Assembly: GCA_036172245.1 (NCBI GenBank)
Contig: JAYWIR010000007.1
Coordinates: 4,340,001 to 4,404,000, forward strand
Direction: 5' to 3'
Source: Raillietiella orientalis
Taxonomy: Eukaryota
DNA: 64,000 bases
Positions 13,001-23,570 of this stretch are shown piece after piece. Each line of letters opens with the position of its first letter. The first letter of the stretch is position 1. Under the pieces are notes generated by a model. That model had not been told where the DNA came from. It ran no database searches and worked only from the letters and a program-made list of their open reading frames with translations. Made by a program: the position numbers and the translations under genes.

Positions 13001-14567
13001 TAAATTAATTACCTGCCCATCTATAAGGTTAACTTCATCCTAGGTGACAAATGCTTCTCCTTTTTTTTTTTTTTTTTTTCTCCTTCGGGGGGGGGGGGGG
13101 GGGGCTGGTTCTTCCATGAAGTTCGCTGCGCATTAAAAGAAAAAAAAAAACAAAAAAAAACAGTCATCTCGAAACACACCGCTTTTAAAACGTTTCGTCC
13201 TCGAGATGTGACATTATAACTTTGCACAAAAGGCCCACCACCAAGTCCTATTGTTTGTTGCTGCTTTTTTTTTTTTTTTTTCCCCCTCTTCTGCCTGTTG
13301 GCGCTCTGCGGTAAAATAATCATTTCGGAACAGGAGCGAACATTCGGGAAAGCCGCTTTCCGTTCCCCTTGGAAATTACAGTTCGGTGAGAGATGTCGGG
13401 CAAGGAAGGGAGGAATTCTTCCCATCCTTTCGACCACTTCGAAGCGCACCCACGGAATACTCGAAGGCAGGAAAGGGGTGGCCACTTTTCGGAGAGGGCG
13501 AGCAAAGACATCACCGGCAGGCGCACGCACCCAATGACAAACGGAAGCACGCAATCAGCGTAGAAGGCGGCCGAAGACGGATAGCCAGAAAAAAAAGAAA
13601 AAATGCTGTAGCTGAAAAGAAAGAAGACAGAAGAAACGTGTCCTCTCAGACCGGTTCTGCAGGAAATCAAGCAGCAGCAGCAGCAAAGTGGGTTCCTGAG
13701 AGCCCGTCAGCTTTGCAGTGTCGTTCCTGGCGGTTTTCGAGGCAAAGGGTCCCCAATTTTTGTTCCTCAGCTTCTCCGAGGGCGAGCGAGCAATCTTTAA
13801 AACGAAATCCTGCTCCCCCTCCCCCCACGTTTCTCAAGGGAGTTCGAAACGAAGGAGCCTACGTGGCACTCCTGATTGCCTCCAGCCTGAGAAAGTAGCA
13901 AAGAGGATGATGGAGTGATGATGTCCACTTGTGCGTGCACTGCTAGTCGGAAAGCTCCTCGATAGGGGAAGAAGGAAAAAAAAAAAAGGGATGCAACAGG
14001 TTGGCATTCTAACGAAGGCGGACTTCCCCCTGGTCTACACAAACGCACTCTGCGTGTTGATGGCAGACTGGAACACACTTTGTGTGCGCGCGAGCGTGGG
14101 CAAGAATAGGTGGTGTGTGTTTCACGAGGCGCGCGTGCATAGGTGCGCCTATTCGCCGAAAAATAATTCCACGTCTCGTATGCAAACATATTTGACAGGA
14201 TAGAAGATTGGCTCTTTCCTCGATCCTCGGTCCTGCAAACACTCCGCGGGATTGTGATTGACGGGAGCAGGGCAGGTTCCTTACAGCTCAGCCTAATCAG
14301 TTCGCAACTGAAACTGGTGAATAAAATATCCCGAAGGAGGAGCCCAGGAAGAGGAACGGTGAACCCGTGAGAAAAAGGAAAGAAGAAGAAGAAAAAAAAA
14401 AAATCAGTGCGTATCCAGAAATCGATCTGCTAGGAGCGTGCAAGAAAAATTCGGATGCCGAGTTTTCGATTAGCGATCAGCATAGAGAGTAATGACCCTT
14501 GATTTTTGTCCCTATTCAAGGTCATTGATTTCGACCTGCTGAGAGCGAAGGGAGGGGAAAGATAGGA

Positions 14568-14655
<88 letters not shown>

Positions 14656-16200
14656 GTATATACACGCAAAACCGTGCCAGTGGACGCGAAATTTTTTATT
14701 TTTATTTCCTCACGAACGACCCACTCACCTAGTGTGTATTGCACGGGTGGTCGATTCTGCTTGAGTACGTCATCCCCACGGGAAGGGCCCACCACTCGAG
14801 CTGCGTTTTTTCGGGTTGCAGAAAAAACGCATGTAGGTGCAGCAGCACCCCGTCGCTCGTAGGCTTCTGCCCCCTTCGCACCCCCTCTGCCTCCCTCCCC
14901 CCCTCCTCCGGCCAACAATGCTCGGCACATTGCCGGCCATTGTTTGACGCCGCCGCACCGCGGTAGCCGAGCGTAGGCTTGAGGCGCCCATTTTGATTCC
15001 ATTCGTCGTGCCCGATGTTTCGTGCCTTTCAGCGGGAGCGGATCAGTGGCCTGGGTGCTGCTGCTAACGCTCAGGAAACGCGAAGAGACAAGCTTCCCCA
15101 TGCGTGGAAGGACGGTCCGTCGCTAGGAAAAGAGAAAAGGAGCTTAATAATAATAAAAAAAAAAAAGTGGTGCCTCTTGGGTGTCGTTGGGGTGGATAGT
15201 GTACGACGACGCCATTCTTTGTCATTCGTGTGCATCTCGAAGCCAGGAATCATGTAAGTTCAGCGCTTTTGAAAACGGAACCACGACAGCAGCAACAAAT
15301 CCTCTTGCAGCGATGGTGTTGTGTTTGAATTTCGCGAAGGGATGCGATACTCTGTTGCCTGTCCCTTGCCTTTTCCCTGAGACTGGGACTCTTTTGTTGT
15401 TGGCAGTCGCACCTTCTTTCAGAAGGTGAAATAAGCACTGGGCGGTGAGAATACGAGAGTCCAAATTTGTAAAAAGCGAATGGCCAACCGGTCCCTCCCT
15501 CCTCCCTCAAAAAAGGAATGGCAGAGGGGGAGAGAAAAGTAAGGACGGATTCCAACTTTCCCTTTCCGTTTTTCCTTTATTTTCTTTTTTTTCTTCAATT
15601 TAGCCCATTACTGAAGAGTGCAGAATGCCTTGCTGTGGTTTTTCGTGGTTGCTCACTTCACAGTTTCGAGGATCTCCTCCATGCACCGCGAAAGGCTATT
15701 TGGAGCCGCCCCGAGATCAAAATGGACGCCATTACGTGGATTTCGACGTGCGGCCATGGTGGATGCTCATCCGAGACGGCTTCTGCCTTGGATCAAAACA
15801 ATTTTCAGCAAGTAAAAGCGAGAAAAAAGGAAAGAAAGAAAGCCAGGACGCGGAGAGCACGTTGCGATGCCAAATCTGTGTACGTTTTGTATCTCTTGCT
15901 GCTGGTTCTCCCTCGACCTCTTCTCACTGTCGGATTTTCGGGCATCTCGCGATGATGAAATCAAAGAGTGACGCTTCGCAAGGCACTGATTTATCCCCCG
16001 AAGTCAAAACACTCGCACACGCGCAGTTGGCAAAAAGCGTTTGCTTCCATCACTCCGAAGGCTGTGTCATCCGCATCCATGGTCTTGTCGACTCGACATG
16101 TGGCAGCGGTCACCCGATACGCCGATATCTGCGTAGTTTAAACGATCGCTTGTCGTTGGAATCCGTTGGTCCCGTGCGAGGCGGGATATCTCCAGACCTC
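10085..16200. promoter_or_regulatory. Largest cluster of putative conserved non-coding islands (~10085-10210, 11040-11340, 12060-12285, 12780-13055, 13160-13400, 14000-14550, 15170-15490, 15590-16200)
   Basis: AT-richer unique blocks are bounded by A/T/G/C homopolymers. Motifs: DR1-like site 10122-10134, octamer 11085-11092, PBX ATCAATCA 12831-12838, TGATTGACGG 14255-14264, TCAAGGTCA 14516-14524. Confidence 0.55.
14569..14650. repeat. Compound microsatellite (TA)6(CA)9(TA)26
   Basis: Read directly from the sequence. Confidence 0.95.
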
Positions 16201-19200
16201 GCGCGTTTTCTCGAGGAGGGGAAGATGTCAGCACTTTCGCCGCGCCCGCATCGCGTGCCGTGCCGCCGAGGACCGCAACAACCGCGTAGGGCGAGAAAAA
16301 GCGGCTGTCCATCCTCCGGTGAGCTCGGGACTCCCCCACCCCTCCCTTCCCCGCTCTCTTCGGACTTGGACTCATGTTCGCCTCCACTCGACAGCAGCGC
16401 AGTTCGAAGGCGGGTGTGGAAATAGCGGGCGTCTCGACGGGGGGGAGTCCTCGCGGAAGGGACTGTGGGAACGTCCTCCTAGCAACGCGTCCTGCCGTTC
16501 TCTGCCGCTTTCCAAACGAGCGCGCGTCGTTGTCCGTTCCGAGTCCCGGGAGAAAAGATAGCGAAAATAGAGGAAAGGAGGGAGCGTAAAAGGATAACGT
16601 CATCGCAACCGAGTAGGAGAAGCAGAAGATGCCTCGATTCGGGAGCTCCAAACGGCGTGACCTCGCGCCATCTTCCGTCGCATCTACGGGGAGGTTCCTG
16701 AGCGGGCAACCGACGCTGGGGACGGAGGGAACTCGGTCCCCGAGAGGGCAAAGGAGCCGTCACCGCCCGCGTATTCGGGCAGCACGCGAGCAGCCTCTTC
16801 GCGGCGTGTGCGGAGAGCACCCGGCAGGAGGCGTGACCTGGGTCCCGGGAATTTCCTCCGAAGCTTCGGAACGGACGCTCGCGCGGGGGGAGCCGGTCTC
16901 TTCGCGGGACTCCCGCGTAGCCCGGAGCGCGGAGTGCTCTCCTCTCCCCGCTTCGCCGCTGTCGGCGGAAGAGGGAGCCGAGCGGCTGTTGCGTGCGGGA
17001 CGGGAGACAGGAGCTCGCGTGGCACCTGACGACGAAGATCCTGCCGAGCGAGCGCCTCCGGCCGTCTTCCGGGGATCGCCTTTCCGCTCTGGATCATCGC
17101 CCAAATCCCAGGCCGCTCTTGGCTCAGAAGAAAGCTGCCTTCGGGCGTAATTTCCGCTCCTTTTCCCTTTGCTTTTTTTTGTTTTTTGCTCGTAATCCAT
17201 GGTGCTGCTTTGCGCAGCAGTCGCGAGGACTTCTCTTGCGCGCCCCTTTGTAATAACGAACGGTCCTTGTTTTTTTTTTTCCTGACCTCCTAAAGATTCG
17301 TCCTGAGGATGGAGGGGGGTGCCCGGCTGGACAGCAAGGGAGGGCATTCACTTTGGCTACCCTGAGTCCTTTAGGAGGAGGGGAGGAGCATCTCGAACGA
17401 CTGCCTTCGTGGGTGCCACCGAGCAGGGGGATTTTCGGGAGGAACTCTCGGACCGTCCTCGTCCCGGCACGGGTAGTCGTCGGTCCGGATCCCCGCATGA
17501 GCCTGAGCCAAGCTGCCATTCCTTCCGAGAGTCTGGAAGACGCATCGAGCCACTCCGGCTCCCGGATTCCCTCGTCCTTCCCCCAGCTTGCACGTAGTTA
17601 CGTCCGGGCGCAGTGCTTCGGTGATCACCAGGACCACCGGTCTTCCCGGAGTTCGCCGCAGAAAACAGGAAGCCCGACACTCGTGTTTTCCTCCGGCGGA
17701 CGCTGTTTCCAAGGGAGGCGGTCGCACCGGGCAGCGATCCCAACCTCCAGCCTACGAAAAAAAAGGAAGTAAAACCAGAACCACTGCCGCCGCCCTCTCT
17801 CCCGGACCTCTGGCAAGCTGCACCTCTTCGGAGGGGACTCGCCGCCGGCGGGGCGGCGGCCGCAGCCCTGCGAGCAGGGAGAGGAGGACACCCCGGTCGA
17901 AGGCCGGCGTGCCGCAACCTGGAAGGCACTCCAGGCTCCGCGAGCGAGCGATAGCCTTCCGGGAGCTTCCTCGCGCCCTCCTCAAGAGGAGCGCCTGTGC
18001 ACGTGTGCTGCAGCGCAAGTGTTTTGCGCGCAACCGCCGCGGTGCCGGCGGCACGTGTGACGAGCAATACGCGGCGTCGGTGACATGCGCAACCTCGCAG
18101 CCCCGAAGCGCTCACGCTGCCCAGGGAGCATGCGCGCCCCCGAAAATGCAGCGTCAGCAGCGGTTGTCCTGGCGTCCACGTGCGTCCACGCGCGCAGCTC
18201 GCGAGAAGGAGCCGCACGTAGCAGCACGTGCTGCTCTTTAAGTCGCTCGGGAAGCGTGGCGGACTCGGCTTGCGAGCAGCCCGAGGCATGTGGACATGGA
18301 TTCCATCCACCAGGAACCAATTCCAGGAGCACGAGCTTTGCCTTTCCTGAAGCGCCACTTCCTTTCCCTTCTGGATCCACCCTTCCTCCTCCCTCCCTCT
18401 TCCCTTTCCTGTCTTCTTCTTCCTCCGCTTCTTCTTCCTCTCTTCTTCCTTCTCCTTCTCCCTTTCTCTTCTCCACCCTGTAAGGGAGTAGGAAAGTTCC
18501 TCCGGGAACGAGAGCTCTCCCTTTCCCCCTACCCCACCCCACCCCACCTGCTTCAGCCTCCTCCTGGAGCTCGTTCTAGTTGCTGTTCCGTCGGCACAGA
18601 CCCTATGGTTGTCCTGTAACCGTTCATTCTCGCCGCTTTGTTCCGGGATGGCGCCACGTGCCTTCCCTTCGGTTGTTCCAAGCACCGTTGCAGACGTGGC
18701 GCTTCTTCATGTGTTCCCGTTGGCGCAGAACCGAAAGCGATCGTCCTCTCCGCCTCCTGCCTGCTGTGACGGGGACGCGTGAGTCCTTGGAAGCGGTGGG
18801 TGGCTCCCGGCGGCGGCCCTGCTACTCCCGGAGGGCGTTCTTCCGGCGTGCGCTGCAGCGCTTTGCCGGGGGGCATTTCCGGCGCGGACGGCCAGGTCGC
18901 TGAGCGGAGCTGCTCCAGGCAGAGCCACCAGCACACCCGCCCGCCCGTGCTCCGTGCCGAGGAGAGCGGCCGGTGACCATCCGCTAGGTCGTGTGAGTGG
19001 AGGAAGGCGCAGCCAGCAAGATAGGGCGGCGTAGCGACCCCTCCCACCCCCAACCCCTCACCTATTTATTTTCCGGTTTGTTCGCCCCGGCGCCCTCTTC
19101 TCTGCAGGCGACCCGCGAGTCGGCGTCGGCGTCTCTCCTCCCTCCGGGAAGCCGGCGGCAGGAGGAGGAGCCAGTGCTCTCCCACGAATGCGCGCCCGCT

Positions 19201-22089
19201 GACCCGAAAAAATCGCTCCCGGCGTGGCCAGGAGAGAGTGCCTTCGGCTCCACCTGCGAAAGAGGGCGGTTCGGGCGGAGGGCGGCCGCGCAGGAACACC
19301 CGGAAGCTTGGTCGACTCGTCGAGGTCACCGGGAGTCACGTCGACGGCTCCGTTCCGCTCACCCCTCGTCCCCCGGGGTTCCAAGCCGTAACAGCGACCC
19401 CGCGTCCCCTGGTCTCCTTCCGGATCGCTTCCCAGCTCGAAGAGTCCGCGAGGTACACGCCGTCACGTCCGCGAGGTGCGTCCCGGGGAAGGAGGGAACC
19501 CGGGGCCTCGGGAAGGGAGAGGGGGGAGGTCATGATCCCTCCTTTTCCTCCTCCACGCTCCGGAGTTCGAGAAGGGGAGAGCGACTCGCGGCCCTTCTTG
19601 CATAGGAAAAAGAGGGACGGAGGGGGTGGGAGCGCGAGTCCGGGGAAGACAGGCGGGCCGAACGCCGACAAGGGTTCCTCTGCGGGCTCTGAGGAAGGCG
19701 TTCGTACACTCCAAGCGGAGCGCCGCCTGCATGGAGTCGGAAGGGGGGGGAGGTCAGAGTGACCGCTCCAGGAGACCTCTCGTTCGGGACGCTTCCCTCG
19801 GTGCTTCCCCACGGATTCGCGCCACTCAGTTCTGGGACTCCCTCGCCGGAGGTCCGGGGTGCCCCCGATGGCACCCTCCAGGAACACCTTTTGGCTAAGA
19901 TCAAAGTGCAGGAACGCTGGGTCGATGAGCAAATGCTCCAAGCATGTTTTTCCAGGCCTGGGGTCCGAGGGTCGATCCCCAAGAAAGCAGAGGGAGCTGG
20001 AGGCAGGCAATCCCTCGGTGACCCTTCCCTGGAGAGACGACCTTCTGGAAGGTCCAACCTTCGTCCGGAGGTATTCCATCCTTTCCCCTGTCCCCCTTTC
20101 CTTCTTCTCCGCCGCCGCCGCTGTCTTGGGAAGGGCGGCGACCGCCGGCCCCGCTGACCGGGAGGGATTCGCCCTGGGCGACTCCTTGCCCAGCAGAGGA
20201 GGAAACGGGTGCGGGGAGGCAAAGGGGGCCGCTTTCGCTCCCAGACGGCTCCGAACGCGGGAAGAGGGAAGGAGGGGAGGGTTTGGATCATCCCCCTTCC
20301 CTCTCTGCCCCGGAGGATCCAATGGAAGAGCGCGGGAAGCAGAGTTTCCGGGCTCGCGTTCCAGGAAGGAACCTTTGCTCCCCTCCACCGGATCGGCTAC
20401 GGGCGCGAGGAGAAGAGAAGGGGAGGCGAGGTTTGCCTTGTTGGTGGGAAGGGGTCGAGGGAGGTGCCTCTGGGCTCCACGAGGCGAGCCAGCGGCCAGA
20501 GGAAGAGGAGGGGTACCCGGTCCAGTCCCCTGGTCGGAGGTGCTACAGACAGCACCTCCCGAGCCGGCGACGTTCTTCCGGGTGTTTCGCGACCCCAGCG
20601 TAGGCTGTCGAACGAACGACCGGAAGGGTACGGGCCGCTGCCTCCGGGAAGGAGGGATCCCTCGGAGGGCGGATCCTCCAACTGATCCGGCGCGACCACC
20701 GCCGGGTTCAGGAAGCCGGGATGCCGTGTGCTGCTGCGCGAAGGGGAGGAAGGGAGGGGGGAGAAAGGAGGGAGATGTGGGGGGGGGGGAAGGATCATCA
20801 TCTGGCGACGGACCACTCCCTCCCTCTCTCTCTTTTTTCTTTCCCCCTCTTCTCCGAAACGGCTGTCACCGGGACGGAAGGTTCCCGGGGAAGCAGCTCT
20901 TCGGGAAGCGAGTCGACGAACCGGGGAGTGGGTGGGGTGGGGACGCCGACGCGCTCCCCTCATCCGTCTTTGCTTTACGCGTACGATCAATCGACGGGCG
21001 AAAACAAGCAGCGCGCCGAGACGCAAATCTGTCATCCATCTTTCGGCGGGGAGCAGCGACCCGCAGTTCCCTGCCGAACCCGAGGAGCCCCGCTTTGCGG
21101 GTTCTCCCCCTCCGGTGCGACCGCCGCCGCCGCCGCCGCCGCCGCTTCTGCTCCGGGAGGGAGGGGGGAGGGAGAAAGGGAGGAGACCACGAGCGGGGGG
21201 GGGGAGGAGGAGGAGGTAGAGAGGCTTCCGCGTGAACCTCCTTCGCCTCATGTGATGCCGCCGCCTCGACCGGCACGAGGAGGCGGCCAGGTGCGCCTCC
21301 GCCAAGCGCCTCGTCACCTGACCGGGTCGGGGCGCGCCCTTTGCTTCGCGGTAGGACGCCCTTGCCACCTGAGAGAAAGCGAGAAGCGAAGATCGAAGAG
21401 TACCTGAAGCCTGCGAGCGGCGTGTTAGCGGGAGGAGGATGAGTAAGGAAGGGAAAAAAAAAAGGTCTTTGCACCTTCTCCTCCCCCTTCTCCCCCCTCC
21501 TCCTCCTCCTCATCCCCACGAAGATACGCCGCACCATCAAATGCGAGCATATGCTCTTCGCGTGCGGACAGGGAGCGATCCTAACCAATCATCTTTCCAT
21601 TCGGGCCGGGCCTTTCCGTAAGATGATGCTTAGGGTCAGGGGGTGGTGATCAGTCGGTTTCTTCCCCCTCCTCCCTCGTCGCCTTCGCGTGCATCGTCGT
21701 CGTCACGCGATTCCGGAGGGAAGACGTGCTTGAGATATGACTGCGTTTTTACCCCTTCAGGTGACGATCAGATCGAAACCAGGGGCACCGCGCCAACGGA
21801 ACACGAGGCGGAACGCCCGAGCGCGCATCCCGTTAAGGCCGAAGCGTCTCCGGGAAGCGCGCCACTTTTCTTTTCGGGAACGGCGTTCGGCATCCCGGGG
21901 AGATCTGAAACGCGTGTCCGCCCTTGCGCGACGGACCCTCCGGACCTCGCGCCCCCTCCTCCAGATGGCGGTGGCGCGCATCGGCATCGCGTTGCTGCGT
22001 CATCCGTCATGTGAGGTGGCGTGCGTGATCCGGGAATGCTCCCGCAAGTGGTATCCAACGAAAAGCCACTTGCGTACCCGTGGCGGTTA

Positions 22090-23570
22090 CTGGAAGCGTT
22101 CCTGAGGAAGAGCTGGATGCGCGCTGATTTACGGCGAGTCGAGCTTTCCAGATTGCACATCCTGGATAAGAGCTAGCAGTGGTCCGCACGCTGGGAAGCT
22201 CGCAGGCCTGCAGACTATATATAGACCTGAAATCGCAATAATGGCTGCGACATCCCTTGCCGGCATCCTAAGCGCCCGACCTATAAATAGCCGTTTATTA
22301 ATAATGCCTGCTTTCCATGCTCCTGCTGGAAAATATTCCCGAACAGCGTCTTGGGGAGCACATAAAAACGGGACCTCCGCGAACGAGCAGACGACGATCC
22401 GCGGCACATCCCATCGGAGGAGGCATCGAGAGGACATCCGCATCCCGGATCGAGGGGTCTTCTCGCTGCGAACGGCACCGCCGCCGCCGAAACTGCGCCG
22501 GGTCGTAGGGTCCCGCGAGGGAGAGGGGGGGGGCCTACGATCCGGTGGGAGGGATGAAGGGGGGGAGGGATCGGCTTGCGGCGGCTTTTCCGCGAGTCCG
22601 CGCGTGAACGCAGCAGCAGCGCACGCGATGGGCGCGCGGAGCGGGTGCGCGCTCGACCCGGTGGTGCCTTCCGCTCCGGGAGCGAGCACCGGAGAGGACG
22701 TTCCGGAAATCGCGCACCCCGACCGGTTCTGGAATGACCCGCGGATCCGATGAGTGGAAGAAGAAGAAAAACCGACAACTGCCGGGCGCAATTTTTCAAG
22801 CTCAGCTTCGGCCTTAAGGGATTCCATCCAGTTCGCATCCGGCATCCAGCGGAGCGTTTAAAATGTAGGCGCGTCGGCTGGCACCTAAATTAAGTCTGAA
22901 TGCAACCCTTTTTTTTCTTCTTCTTCTTTCCTTTCCTTTCTTTTCTTTCTTTTTTTTTTTTTTTATTGAGGTTCAGCTAATGTGATAGAAAAAAGGCTTT
23001 TCCCTTTGACAGATCAGTGGCTGCACTCGGAAAATCGGTGCGACCGATCGCGGCTCCTCATGGGTGAAACCGAGTTTCCTGCAGAGGACGTCCCCGCGCA
23101 TTCCGGCGATTTATTTGGGAAGTGGCGAAAAAAGAAAAAGAAAGAAAGAGGCGAAAGAAAGGAAGAAAGGGAAGTTGACTATTCCGCTCTATTGACTCCA
23201 TTCGGATTCGTATTGATCATCTTGCAGCTCCTTTGCAGCAGCAGAAGAACAGCAGACCTCCGCCTGTCTTCCCAACAAAGCCGAAGGAAATGGAGCGTCA
23301 CTTCCCGAATTCGATTGCAGGTAATTGACTCGCAAATCGATACTTGAGGAACAGATCATCCATCGATAACAGCATCAAAGGGTTGGGCAATGCGCGCGCG
23401 ACGCATCCCCTTTCATCGGGAGGCTGTTGTCTGAAACCAATTGGCCACTGCAGATCAAACAGCTCGGATCGACCCTGAAACACCCCCCATTGTGGCAGGC
23501 GAGTTGCACAAAATAGACTTTCCATTTCATCGGTCGCGAAGAGAAACACGAAATTTCCCATTTATGGCGC
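22090..23570. promoter_or_regulatory. Putative enhancer/CNE cluster
   Basis: Contains PBX-HOX TGATTTACGG (22125-22134), MEF2 consensus sites (22215-22224 and 22281-22290) and TCF/LEF CATCAAAGG (23373-23381). It is AT-richer than its flanks. Confidence 0.5.

Noticed and set aside
13863..13906. Minus-strand acceptor (CTCTTTGCTACTTTCTCAG) with a possible 24-nt micro-exon
   Set aside because: The donor is weak, there is no recognisable peptide, and such signals are common by chance.
15374..15383. TCCCTGAGAC, matching the start of miR-125
   Set aside because: The match stops after 10 nt and there is no miR-125 precursor hairpin.
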